Positions 37,970-47,723 of a DNA stretch of 64,000 bases are shown one piece after another (within the stretch, counting starts at the first letter, position 1; each line of letters starts with the position of its first letter). The notes below the pieces were generated by a model. That model saw nothing but the letters and a program-made list of their open reading frames with translations. It searched no databases and was not told where the DNA came from. The translations under genes were made by a program, and so were the position numbers. Where the stretch lies: the NCBI GenBank assembly GCA_963774265.1, contig CAVZDU010000007.1:160001-224000 (forward strand), written 5' to 3'. Source of the DNA: an uncultured Chloroflexia bacterium (GTDB lineage Bacteria > Chloroflexota > Anaerolineae > CG2-30-64-16).

Positions 37970-39622
37970 ATGCGCTCTTTTGCCGAGCTCCTACGAGAGT
38001 ACTCCGGACGCACGGGTGTCAGCGACGCCGAATTGGCGCGCGCGGTCGGGGTCCAGCGGCAGACGATCTTCCGCTGGAAGGAGGGTGCGGTCGGCCGGCC
38101 GCGCTTGGCAGAAGATGTGCTGCGGCTGGCGAGCAAGTTGCGGCTTAGCGATGCGGAGCGAGATGAGCTGTTGTTGGCAGCCGGCTTCCCGCCAGTCCTC
38201 GTCGCCCCCACCCGGCTGAAAGCTCCGGCTGTGGTCGATATCCCCGCAGACGAGGACGCGGGTCTCACTGATCGTGTGATCTCTTCTGCTCCGGAACGAC
38301 CTCAGTTGTCGCGACGACCGCGCCTTTTCATTGTCATCGGACTTTTGGTCCTCGGCGCCGTCGCCGCCTGGCTGCTCCTCCGTCCTCGCGTGGTGTACCC
38401 GATCAGCCAGCCCGATGAGACGTTGATCGTCGTCGGTCAGTTCGCCAACTATACGGGCGGGGACCGGGGCTATAACGTTCCCGGCCGCATCCGGCAGGCG
38501 CTGGAGCGTGAAATCAGTGGTGCGCGTCTGACAAGCGTCCGCGTGGCGGAGTGGCCCGACCCGATTCGGACGCATGAAGTGGCGGATGAGGTTGCCGAGC
38601 GCTCCAAGGCAGCGCTTATCATTTGGGGCGAGTACGACAGCGGCCGCATCCTTGCGCGCTTCACCGTGTCAGGTGGTGGAGGAGTGCGCGAAGCCGCCTC
38701 CCTCGAGAAGCTTATCTCGTCGACGGACGACCTGTCCGCGGCCATCAACTCAGACTTGCCGGAGGAGACGCGTTTCCTGGCCCTCATCAACCTGGCACAG
38801 GTCCTGCTCGACCGCGGCCAACCGGAGATTGCGGCCGCCTTGTTGGCACAAGCGGCGACCCGCCCGCCCCAAGATGCTGCCGGACTGGCCACCCTACACT
38901 TCCTGACCGGCCTGGCAGCCCAGCAGAGGCAGCCGCCCGACCTTGACATGGCTATTACAGCGTATGGGGATGCCCTGGCGCTGCGCCCGGACCTCTCCGC
39001 CGCATACAATAATCGGGCGGTTGCCTGCCTGAAACGGCAGGCGCCGGGAGACGCGGACCTTGCGCTCGCGGACCTGACACGCTATCTCGCGGATCATCCC
39101 GACGCAGCAGAGGCGCTCACCAACCGCGGCGCGGCCCATCTCCTGCTGGGCGGGAACGACCATGCACGGTTGGCTCTCGTCGACTTGAACCGGGTGCTGG
39201 AGCTGACGCCCGATTCGGTGGAGGCTCTTCTGAATCGCGGGCTTGCCCGACTGCGGACGAAAGAAGCGGGCTGGGAGGCCGATTTCGAGCGGGTGCTGGC
39301 GCTACGGGCCGATCACCCCGGGGCGTTGGAGTCACTGTGTTGGGCTTATGCCGTGCAGGGACAGGCCGAAGTCGCACTGTCCTGGTGCGATCGAGCACTG
39401 TCAGTCGCGAACAGCGGGCCCGCGCGTCACGGTCGCGCGATTGCCTATGCTCTCTCGGGACAATATGCCTTGGCCGCGAAGGATCTGGAGACGTACCTCT
39501 CCGCCCTCAAGCCGCCTCTGTTGGCAAGAGAAGAGGACCGGGTGCGTGAGTGGCTCGTCGAGCTGGCTGCGGGCCGCAACCCCTTTGACGCCGCGGCCCT
39601 CAACCTGCTCCGGCAGGAGTAA
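37970..39622 (+). CDS. XRE-type HTH - transmembrane - TPR repeat protein
   Basis: SDAELARAVGVQRQTIFRWKEG, ERDELLLAAG, one TM (LFIVIGLLVLGAVAAWLLL), IIWGEY, TPR repeats AYNNRA / ALTNRG / ALLNRG. Confidence 0.8.
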   Translation: MRSFAELLREYSGRTGVSDAELARAVGVQRQTIFRWKEGAVGRPRLAEDVLRLASKLRLSDAERDELLLAAGFPPVLVAPTRLKAPAVVDIPADEDAGLTDRVISSAPERPQLSRRPRLFIVIGLLVLGAVAAWLLLRPRVVYPISQPDETLIVVGQFANYTGGDRGYNVPGRIRQALEREISGARLTSVRVAEWPDPIRTHEVADEVAERSKAALIIWGEYDSGRILARFTVSGGGGVREAASLEKLISSTDDLSAAINSDLPEETRFLALINLAQVLLDRGQPEIAAALLAQAATRPPQDAAGLATLHFLTGLAAQQRQPPDLDMAITAYGDALALRPDLSAAYNNRAVACLKRQAPGDADLALADLTRYLADHPDAAEALTNRGAAHLLLGGNDHARLALVDLNRVLELTPDSVEALLNRGLARLRTKEAGWEADFERVLALRADHPGALESLCWAYAVQGQAEVALSWCDRALSVANSGPARHGRAIAYALSGQYALAAKDLETYLSALKPPLLAREEDRVREWLVELAAGRNPFDAAALNLLRQE

Positions 39623-41480
39623 TCCGCAGCCAATGCTCGCGGCGCTCCATCCCGTGGCGGTAGACGACTGTCTGCCGCGGCCGGTCGATCTCGGCCGTCC
39701 CATCACTCACCTCGACCCGGCAGCCGTGCGGATACTGGAACTCGGGCACGAAGACTTCGGTCGCCGCAGTCACGCTGGGGTCGTGGCGGAATTCGAATTC
39801 GAAGACGCGGCGGCGGAGGTCGAACGACAGCCGCAGCGGTTGGCCCGCAACTGCTCGCGGGTACGGGCGCGCGACTGCCCGTAGGGCGCGTCCCCCGGAG
39901 TTGATGTCTCGGGGATCATCCTGCTGGTCCCGGCTGAAGATCGAGAAATCCTCCCCGTTCCACCCGTCGCCGCGGGCGTTGGTGTTGTCTGCCGTGTAGT
40001 TCCAGAGCGTGCCGCTCAACAGATTGTCCTCCACCGCGCGGAGGGAGCGATCCAGCGCACTGACCTGCGCCCCGAAATCTCCCGCACGATACGCGCGGCC
40101 ATCCGCCAGGTCGGACGGGATGCCGAACTCGCCCAGCAACACCGGCATGCCCGCGCTCTCTCCGCCCCGCTTGAGGTTGCGCAGTTGCCCCGCGAACGAC
40201 CTGCGGATCGGGCCGGGCAGGAAGACCGGTTTCCGGGTGTGGGAATTGGCTGCCAGAAGAGGGCTGAATTGCTTTGACATCAGCACATGGCCATCATACC
40301 AGTGCGGCGCAAAGGCGACATCCCCGGCATCCTTCGTGTTCCACGGCGGCCGGAGGCTGCCCGGTTCCGGTTCGACAAAGATCAGTGCCCGTGGATCGAT
40401 CGCGTGGATCGCCGTGGCGAAGCGGAGCGCAAACGGCTGCAGATAGTCCCTTCCAAAGTCAACCGGTCGCCCATGGGCCTCGGAGAAGTGATCCGGGCGC
40501 AGGAGTTGGGGCATCCCCCCGGCATCGAAGTCCCAAATACCGTTCTGCCGCCACACGCAGTCCCGGCCTTCCTGCCAGGCGCGCCGCCGCCCATCATTCA
40601 ATTGCTGCGTGCCGGCCCGGCGAAAACTGACCGTCCCCAGCCTCCACACATCCACTTCCTGGGGCACACCCGAACCTAGCAGCATTGCCTGGAACGGAGT
40701 GGGGCAGGGCCCGAGGGCAAGTGCGCCTTTTCCCACGTTCAGGTTCCGCCGGCCGATATAGCCGGGGAGCGGCTCGTTCAGCATATCGTACCCGATCAAA
40801 TTGGGTAGATCCCTGAGGCGTAAGGCCACCTGTTGGAAGGCCGCGATATAGTGGCGCTGGAGGAACTCCTGAACCGGCTCGCCAGAGATGAGCGTCTGCG
40901 GTGCAAAGTCGTTCCCGCCGAAGAAGAGGCTGAACATGGTGGCTGCGGCCAACTTACTTCCATTGGTCGGCCAGATCATCTTTGGGAAGGATTCGCCGTG
41001 GGTGGCGTGCACGATGGCCGCGCCGGTCTCCGCGAACCCCGTCAGATCAAATCCGACCGCCTCCAATGTCCAACCTGGTGCGCCGTCCCCGCCGGAGAAA
41101 CGGCTCCAGACGTCCTGGTGCGGGTCAATGAAGAGGCTGAGGCCGTGCTCACCCGCTTTTTGCGCAATTGAGTGGACATAATCAAGATAGGCTTCATCAT
41201 AGATGCCGGGTCCCGCGTGTTCGATCGCCTCCCAAGGCACCAGGAGGCGCAGGAGGGTGAGCCCCCACGCGTTCAGCCGGCTGAAGTGCTCGTCCGCTTC
41301 TTGCAGTGGGAACGGACGCCCGACAAACGAGACGTCACGATGTTCAAAGAAGCCCGCGTCGAGGTGCGTGGCGCCGTCCGGCCGCCGTGGCGTCTTGCTG
41401 CTGCCGCCCAGGTTGATCCCGCGCAGCATGAGCGTGCGATTGTGCTCATCCTTGAAGTTGGGACCATCGATGCGGATCAC
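39600..41480 (-). CDS. Glycoside hydrolase family 5, endoglycoceramidase/steryl-glucosidase-like
   Basis: WEAIEHAGPG.YD, DPHQDVWSRFSGGDGAPGW, NEP (acid/base), PHWYD, GEFG (nucleophile), WNGEDFS, RPYP. Confidence 0.88.
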   Translation of the reverse strand: MIRIDGPNFKDEHNRTLMLRGINLGGSSKTPRRPDGATHLDAGFFEHRDVSFVGRPFPLQEADEHFSRLNAWGLTLLRLLVPWEAIEHAGPGIYDEAYLDYVHSIAQKAGEHGLSLFIDPHQDVWSRFSGGDGAPGWTLEAVGFDLTGFAETGAAIVHATHGESFPKMIWPTNGSKLAAATMFSLFFGGNDFAPQTLISGEPVQEFLQRHYIAAFQQVALRLRDLPNLIGYDMLNEPLPGYIGRRNLNVGKGALALGPCPTPFQAMLLGSGVPQEVDVWRLGTVSFRRAGTQQLNDGRRRAWQEGRDCVWRQNGIWDFDAGGMPQLLRPDHFSEAHGRPVDFGRDYLQPFALRFATAIHAIDPRALIFVEPEPGSLRPPWNTKDAGDVAFAPHWYDGHVLMSKQFSPLLAANSHTRKPVFLPGPIRRSFAGQLRNLKRGGESAGMPVLLGEFGIPSDLADGRAYRAGDFGAQVSALDRSLRAVEDNLLSGTLWNYTADNTNARGDGWNGEDFSIFSRDQQDDPRDINSGGRALRAVARPYPRAVAGQPLRLSFDLRRRVFEFEFRHDPSVTAATEVFVPEFQYPHGCRVEVSDGTAEIDRPRQTVVYRHGMERREHWLRITPAGAG

Positions 41481-41615
41481 GTGTCACTCCAGCCAGGCCG
41501 CCACGGGGCGAGCGGACCAAGGCTCATGCTATCACCGATCCGGTTCCTCGAATAAACGCGAGGGACGTAGAGGTTCTCCCGGAAACCTTAGGGCCCCTTC
41601 CAGTGTCATGCCGCT

Positions 41616-41644
41616 TTGACGTGTCTCTGCGCTGATGCGATAAT
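41616..41644 (+). promoter_or_regulatory. Candidate sigma70 promoter with extended -10
   Basis: TTGACG, 17 bp, GATAAT preceded by TGC. Confidence 0.45.
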
Positions 41645-41682
41645 TGGCGCACACCGTTTGCGATCACACAAAGAGGCAGATC

Positions 41683-42321
41683 ATGGCCACCATCACCATT
41701 TCCCGGCAGTTCGGGAGCCACGGCGATACCGTCGCGCAACTACTCTGTGACCGGCTAGGCTATCGTTACTTCGACAAGAACCTGATGATGGGTCTCGCCG
41801 CGCAGTCGGGACTGGCGCCCGAGACGGTGGTCGACCTGCCCGATGACCAGCGCCGGGCTCGGACTCTCGTGGAGCGGCTCTTCGGCAACTATGCTGCGCC
41901 TTACGGTGATCCTGACACCTGGGCCGCCGCGGCCGCGGCCGAACGGCAAGAGCAGTTGACAGTGGAGCGAATCAAGTACCTGATCCGGGCTGCGTACGAA
42001 GAGGGCAACGTGGTCATCATCGGACGCGGCGGGCAAGCCGTGCTCGCCGGACTGCCCAACGTGTTGCACGTGCGGCTGGTAGCTCCGATGGAGCTGCGGG
42101 TGCAGCGCCACGCGGAGCGGGCGGGGCTAACGGTCGAGGCCGCGCGCGAGTTAGTGATGAAACGCGATGCGGCCTCCCACGACTTCGTCAGTCGGTACTT
42201 CGGTATCGATCGGCGCGATCCGACGCACTATGACCTGGGCATCAATACGGCCAAGCTGACGCCCGCGGCAGCGGTCGAGCTGATTGTCACCGCCCTGGCC
42301 GGTTTGCCGGCTGCGGACTAA
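41683..42321 (+). CDS. Cytidylate kinase-like family protein
   Basis: ITISRQFGSHG, VIIGRGG, LHVRLVAP, YDLGINT. Confidence 0.85.
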   Translation: MATITISRQFGSHGDTVAQLLCDRLGYRYFDKNLMMGLAAQSGLAPETVVDLPDDQRRARTLVERLFGNYAAPYGDPDTWAAAAAAERQEQLTVERIKYLIRAAYEEGNVVIIGRGGQAVLAGLPNVLHVRLVAPMELRVQRHAERAGLTVEAARELVMKRDAASHDFVSRYFGIDRRDPTHYDLGINTAKLTPAAAVELIVTALAGLPAAD

Positions 42322-42354
42322 CCGCGCCGTCCGCGAAAAGAATTGAACGCTTGA

Positions 42355-43701
42355 ATGGACCGCATCGTGCAACGATCTCAACTCTTCAATATTTTCCTCG
42401 TCGTTTTCATCGTCATGCTCGGCTTTGGCCTCATCATGCCGCTGATGCCGTTTTTCGCGGCGCAATACGGCGCCAGCTCCTTTGTGGTCGGCCTGCTGGT
42501 GGCAGCGTACGCCGCCGCACAGTTTTTCGGCGCGCCGCTCCTGGGCCGCCTGTCCGATCGTAAAGGCCGCCGGCCCCTCCTGGTTGTCAGCATGACCGGC
42601 ACCTCGTTCGGATTCATCCTGCTGGGTCTGGCCGATCCCTTAGGCAGGGCGCTGGCTTCCTTGTTCGCTGCCGATCCGTCGCCTGCGCTGCAGAACGCCG
42701 TGATCCTGGGTGTGATGTTTCTTTCGCGCATCGTCTGCGGGCTTTTTGGCGGCATGATCACCGTTGCCCAGGCCTACATCGCCGACATCACCGACGAGCG
42801 CACCCGCACCCAGGGGATGGGCATGATCGGCGCTGCGTTTGGTTTAGGTTTTATCGTGGGGCCGGTGATGGGGGGCGTGCTCAGCCAGTGGGGCTTTGCC
42901 GTGCCATCGTTTGCTGCGGCCGGGATGGCGTTGCTCAACCTGGGCACCATTTTGGTCCTGCTGCCGGAATCGCTGACCGAAGCACGCAAGGACGAGCTGG
43001 CCCGGCAAAAGGGGCAAGGGAAGCAATCGCTGATCAACCTGCCGGCCATGATGGGCAAGCTTGGGAGGCCGCGCCTCGGGCCGCTGCTGACCGTTCGCCT
43101 GATCGTCTCGCTGGCCGGGTCGTTGTTCATGGCCCTCTTCACGCTGTGGGCCAAGGATCGCCTGGGGCTGAGCGCGCAGGTCACCTCCTATGTGATGGCC
43201 TACAACGGCCTGTTGTCGATCCTCGCGCAAGTTGGGCTGATTGGCCCGCTGACCAAGCGGTTCCCTGATGCAAATCTCATCTTTTCGTCGATCGTGATCC
43301 TGGCGACGGCCATGTTGGGGTGGGCGCTGACCGCGAACGTGCCAACGCTGTTGGTGGTGATGATCCCAATGGCCCTCTCCACTGGCGTGCTGAACACGGT
43401 CATCGGCAGCGCCACAAGCTGGTCGGTGCCGCCGCAAGAGATGGGCGACGCGCTGGGCACATCCAGCGCGTTCGAGAGCCTCTCGCGCGTGATCGCACCC
43501 TCAGTGGGCGGCTGGCTTCTGGGGGCAGTGGGTACGTGGGTGCCTGGAACTTTGGGTGCGGTCCTGCTGGCCGGCCTCGCGGTCTTCGCCTGGCGCCGGC
43601 TGATCGTCAACCCCGACCCGCCACTGCCCATGCCGGTCATGTTGGGGCAAGCGGCGCCCATGGATGTTCCGGTCTCGCCTCTCGTCGTTGAGCCCGCATA
43701 G
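42355..43701 (+). CDS. MFS transporter, TetA/DHA1-like
   Basis: LGRLSDRKGRRP, AQAYIADIT, GAAFGLGFIVGP. Confidence 0.88.
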   Translation: MDRIVQRSQLFNIFLVVFIVMLGFGLIMPLMPFFAAQYGASSFVVGLLVAAYAAAQFFGAPLLGRLSDRKGRRPLLVVSMTGTSFGFILLGLADPLGRALASLFAADPSPALQNAVILGVMFLSRIVCGLFGGMITVAQAYIADITDERTRTQGMGMIGAAFGLGFIVGPVMGGVLSQWGFAVPSFAAAGMALLNLGTILVLLPESLTEARKDELARQKGQGKQSLINLPAMMGKLGRPRLGPLLTVRLIVSLAGSLFMALFTLWAKDRLGLSAQVTSYVMAYNGLLSILAQVGLIGPLTKRFPDANLIFSSIVILATAMLGWALTANVPTLLVVMIPMALSTGVLNTVIGSATSWSVPPQEMGDALGTSSAFESLSRVIAPSVGGWLLGAVGTWVPGTLGAVLLAGLAVFAWRRLIVNPDPPLPMPVMLGQAAPMDVPVSPLVVEPA

Positions 43702-43768
43702 AGCCGAGCGGCCACCGAACTGCATTCGACGAGCGGTCATGGAAGCCTCCCACACATCATGCGAAGGA

Positions 43769-44443
43769 TCAGAAACGATCCGCTGTGGGGTCCCAGAAGT
43801 CACCCCCCAGCCTCAGGCCGGCGAAGATCTGGCGCATCTCATTCGGCCTTGGGCGCCGGGAGTCCGCCTGCAGGCGCGTGGCGTACCACGTCGTCGCCAA
43901 CCCCCACAGCTGATCCATTGTAACCACTGGCCGCGCCGGGGTGTTGTGGGCTGCGCACCAGGCCTGGACCTGTTCTTCCGACCGGAAGAATAGCATGTTG
44001 GCTCAAGTGAAGACGATATCATCCCACCACCTGGCGGCGGGGACGAGGCAGTGAAAGAGCCACTCTGAGGGCCCGGGACCGCTCAGGTCCACCGCCAGAT
44101 GCAGCGGCTCGCCGGATTCCGCGCAGTGGGAGTGGACGATGCCGGGCTTGTGGAGCGCGGCCAGCACCCCGAGCGCATCCCACGCGCAGACACCGAAGTA
44201 CTCGAGTCCACCGGCCTCCACGTGGTGCTGAGTCGGAACGCCTGAGAATGGCGGCGCCATGCGGATCGAGACCCCGTCCGTCTCGAGCACCAGCACCCGC
44301 TGCTCGCGCAGCCGCGCGTACGCGTCGGCCACACTTTCCACGTTCGAATCGACGCGTCGGGCGACCTCCTCCGGAGAAGGTCCCCTCCCGGTCGCCGCGA
44401 AATGGCGGTAGATTTCCAGTTTGACGTGGGTGTCGAAGTCCAT
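43769..44443 (-). CDS. MerB-like organometal lyase, probable selenoprotein (in-frame TGA at 44003-44005 = Sec147, 224 aa)
   Basis: ORFs 44003-44443 and 43769-43996 are in the same frame, separated by TGA GCC AAC. Motifs MAPPFS, CAWDALG, SHCAESG, WWDDIVFT-U-ANMLFFRSEE. SECIS-like hairpin follows the TGA. Confidence 0.8.
43973..43990 (-). promoter_or_regulatory. Candidate bacterial SECIS hairpin
   Basis: 12 nt after the TGA the mRNA reads UUCUUCC-GGUC-GGAAGAA, a perfect 7-bp stem with a G-first apical loop. Confidence 0.62.
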
Positions 44444-44467
44444 GTGGCGTCTCTCCTATTCTCTCGC

Positions 44468-45682
44468 TCATAGTTTACCTTCCGGCCGCCGACCTGCGCG
44501 GATGACCGCCACCTGCTCAGCATCAAACGGCGGATCGAACAGCGCGGGCGTCAGGTGGTAGGTGCGGAAGAGATCCGTGATGAAGCGCATACGCTCGGCC
44601 AGATTGCCCCAGTCAGCGACGCGGGCGCTGCGATCCGCGCCTGCCATGACCTGCGCCAGGAATGCAGCCAGTTCGGGACGGTCAATCATTGTCTGGCTGT
44701 CTGGGCTCCTATCAGGGAGGTCCTGGCCGAGCTGCAATACCTCGCCCGTGGGCAGTTTCAGCGTCATCAGGGTCGCAGTGATGACCAGACGTCCGGCCTG
44801 CTGAACCTCCTCTGCCAACTGGTCGCGTGCCTGGAGCAGCGGACCCAGCCGTCGCGCCAGCCTGGCCAGCCAGAAGCGCAGCCGCGACGAGCGGTCGGGG
44901 AGAAGTTCATCAATGAGGTGTTGGCGTAACACGCGCGGATGGATCACCGGCGCATTCATGGCCTCGACGATTTCGCCCTGCAGCCGCGTCTGCTCGTGGA
45001 AGCCGATCTCCAGGTTGGCCAGCAGCAATAGTTGCGCTTTCTGCCTGAGATCATCGGTAGTGATGGCCTGACCATAGTGCTCGAAGGCCTGGGCCAGGTA
45101 TCGCTGGCCGTCCGGGGGATCGCCCGGTCGAAGGCCCTGGCTGAACGCGACCAGACCGTCACGCGTAACGGCCAGCCCGCCGTTCTCGAATAGCGCCAGG
45201 AAGCGCGCGAACTCAGCGCCGATCTCGGCGAATACCTTTACGTTGCCGCGCGCCACCGCGTCACTGGTCCTTTGAAAGGCCGCTACGGGATTCACCGCGT
45301 TCCACACGGCATCCACCGCACCGAAGAAGCTGCGGGGCTGCCGGCCGCGGAGCGCAGCGCTGGCCTCCAGCATGGTGCGGGCGTTCACCTGGGCTGCTGG
45401 CGTCTCGCGGAGCAGCCGTTCCAGCGCAGCAAGCAGATCCTCCCGGCGGATGCTCTGGCCCGCCTGCTTGGACGCCCATGTGGCCACCGTGCACCAGTTT
45501 GCGCCCGCGCCCGTCAACCGCGCCATCGCTGCGGAGAGGTCGTGGTAGGCCTGCGTGATCTGCAGGTTGCGCACGACAGGATCGTCCAATGCTGCGATCC
45601 GGCGGACATCGTCCACCGCCGGGGGCGCGCTCCGGGACCGTTCCATTGCCCCGAGCCGGTCAGTGGAAGGGCCTTCCATCAT
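44468..45682 (-). CDS. Conserved hypothetical protein
   Basis: 404-aa ORF with motif-like segments [58 protein letters not shown]. No function recognised. Confidence 0.7.
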   Translation of the reverse strand: MMEGPSTDRLGAMERSRSAPPAVDDVRRIAALDDPVVRNLQITQAYHDLSAAMARLTGAGANWCTVATWASKQAGQSIRREDLLAALERLLRETPAAQVNARTMLEASAALRGRQPRSFFGAVDAVWNAVNPVAAFQRTSDAVARGNVKVFAEIGAEFARFLALFENGGLAVTRDGLVAFSQGLRPGDPPDGQRYLAQAFEHYGQAITTDDLRQKAQLLLLANLEIGFHEQTRLQGEIVEAMNAPVIHPRVLRQHLIDELLPDRSSRLRFWLARLARRLGPLLQARDQLAEEVQQAGRLVITATLMTLKLPTGEVLQLGQDLPDRSPDSQTMIDRPELAAFLAQVMAGADRSARVADWGNLAERMRFITDLFRTYHLTPALFDPPFDAEQVAVIRAGRRPEGKL

Positions 45683-45760
45683 CCAACCTTTCGTTTGCTT
45701 CGCACCACCCCGAGTACTCCTTTGACGTAGATGAGAGCCTAAGTTAGGCTTTGAGGCGCG

Positions 45761-46177
45761 CTACTCGATCACCACCACCCCATCTTGCCTGATCGTCGCC
45801 ATCCCACCCTCTGCCAGGCTGGCGAAATCCTGCGCCGCCAACGCGACCACGGGCACGGGTTTCCCGTACATCTCGTCCGCCACGATGGACGCGAGGCTGA
45901 GGAAGGCGTCCGGTGTGGCAGTGAGGACCGCTGCCGGCGCCGTGCCGCCGCGTACGGCCTCCAGGAAGACCGCGGTCGTGGTGCTCGAACCCTTGGTGAA
46001 CGGGATCGCCAGCACCCGCGCCGCCGCGATCTGTCCGGAGAGCGGGTGACGCCGATCGATAATCTCACCGGTGGCCGCATTGTAGCCGCCCCAGAAGCTC
46101 AGTGGCACGTCACTGTAGAGGAGTTGCCCCGTTGCCTCGCCCGCGACCAACGCCCGGCCCTGCATCACTCGCGCCAT
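45761..46177 (-). CDS. Aconitase X small (swiveling, DUF126) subunit
   Basis: PLSFWGG...TGEIIDRRHPLSGQ, KGSSTT, PVV. Start ATG 46177 overlaps the large-subunit end. Confidence 0.85.
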   Translation of the reverse strand: MARVMQGRALVAGEATGQLLYSDVPLSFWGGYNAATGEIIDRRHPLSGQIAAARVLAIPFTKGSSTTTAVFLEAVRGGTAPAAVLTATPDAFLSLASIVADEMYGKPVPVVALAAQDFASLAEGGMATIRQDGVVVIE

Positions 46178-47459
46178 AACCTCTCGTCCCTCACAACGCG
46201 ACCCGCGGCCGCTGAGCGTACGCAATCGGCCATGCTGCCGTAAACCACCTGCGTGTTCAGCATCCCCGGCGCGTAGTACGCGTACTTGGCTGAATTCGTC
46301 ATCAGCGTCCGGATCTCCGGCGGGAGCATAGGCGAGGCCAGGGGGCAGGTGTCCACGGTGATCTGCCCGCCAAAGCGCCGCAGCGGCTCCAACAGCCCGC
46401 TGCGTTCGGCCAACGCCGCGACAGCCCGGCTGGTGGTCACCAGGAAGCGGACACGCGGCCGCCGAACCTGCCCGACGAGGAGGGGCGCGAGCTGCCGGAA
46501 CTCGGCCAGCGAAAAGTGAGGACTGCCGAGGAGGACCAGGTCCAGCCCGTCGCCCACCGCAGTCGTCAGTTCGAGTCACGCGGCGCGCAGTTCCGGCATG
46601 CCCGCATGGACGGTCGCGAGGGGGCGCGGCCCTGGAACGCCGCTTCGAGCGTAGGCGCCTCGGGCGTCACCCCGACGAGATGGAAGAGTGCAACCGCGCC
46701 CGATGACGACGCGGCTGCGCCGAGCGCCTTGAGTTGATCCTCGGTGGGCTGGACGGTGATGCCGTCGATCACCGGGATGCGAGCATGCTCGGACTGCACG
46801 CCGCGCAGCCCGAGTATGCTCGCGGCCTTGCCGGTCAAGTGCCCCAGCACAGGGTAGAAACTGTCATCGGCCTGCAGAGCCTCGGGGATCGAGTCGAGCC
46901 GGATGAGGAGTTGGCCGGCCCGGTTCTCGGTCAGGTGTAGGCCGGCCGAAGGGACGCGGCCGGTGATGGCCGCGCAGATGTCGAGCAGATCAGGGTAACG
47001 CTCGGTGCGCGCACCGAGGACCGAGTTAGCGAACGCAATCGCATTGGACTCACCCCACGCAATCTGCTGGCCGAAGGCAGGACGGGGCTCGCTTTGATAG
47101 GGGGCGCAAGTGAAGCTGGGGATGCAGCCCATCCGCCGATAAGCGTCCATCTGGCGTCGCGCCTTCTCGGCCCAATCAGGCGGTACGGACCACTCCGTCC
47201 AGCCATGCTCGTCCACGCCGCTAACGTTGGAGGTGGAAGGCACGGCGACGGTCGCGCCCAGGTCGGCCAGCCGCTCCGCGTACTCGAGTGTGGCGTCGCC
47301 CATGAAGATGGTGCTGTCGATGTGTGCGGCGGTGATGTCGAGCAGTCGCTCCGCGCCGAAGACATCGGCCATGCGCACAATGATCCGCATCGCCATCTGT
47401 GCGCCCGGCCCGCGTTCCCCGGCGAGCAGGGTACGGTCGTAGTCGGTGAGGTGGAGCAT
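46165..47459 (-). pseudogene. Aconitase X large (DUF521) subunit disrupted by a frameshift (~46622) and in-frame TGA (46576-46578)
   Basis: AHIDS, FTCAPY, AWGESNA, NSVLGART, LFHLVGVTPEA. C-terminal part LGSPHFS, DTC, MTNSAKYAYY lies in another frame. Confidence 0.8.
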
Positions 47460-47723
47460 ACGCCTCTCCATCGCAAGCCGAATTCCCGAAATCGCCGTCA
47501 TTATAGCATGAACCGACCGTTCAAAGCTGAGGTCCCCCCCCATTTTGACTTTACGCATTTGTGATGGCATGTGCTATTCTATTCGCCGCTGGTGCTGGTC
47601 AAAGCAGATCGCCGCCGTTACGGATGTAGCGGCGGTTTCGCGCCCCAATGAGCCCCCGCGTCCCACCAACGACCGGTCAGACGCCGCCACACTCAACCCA
47701 CAACTTCAGAAGAGGAGAATCGT

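Noticed and set aside
46576-46578. In-frame TGA in acnX as a second selenocysteine
   Set aside because: It lies in a variable helix (ELRAA*LEL), not at a Cys motif, no clear hairpin follows, and it sits next to a frameshift.
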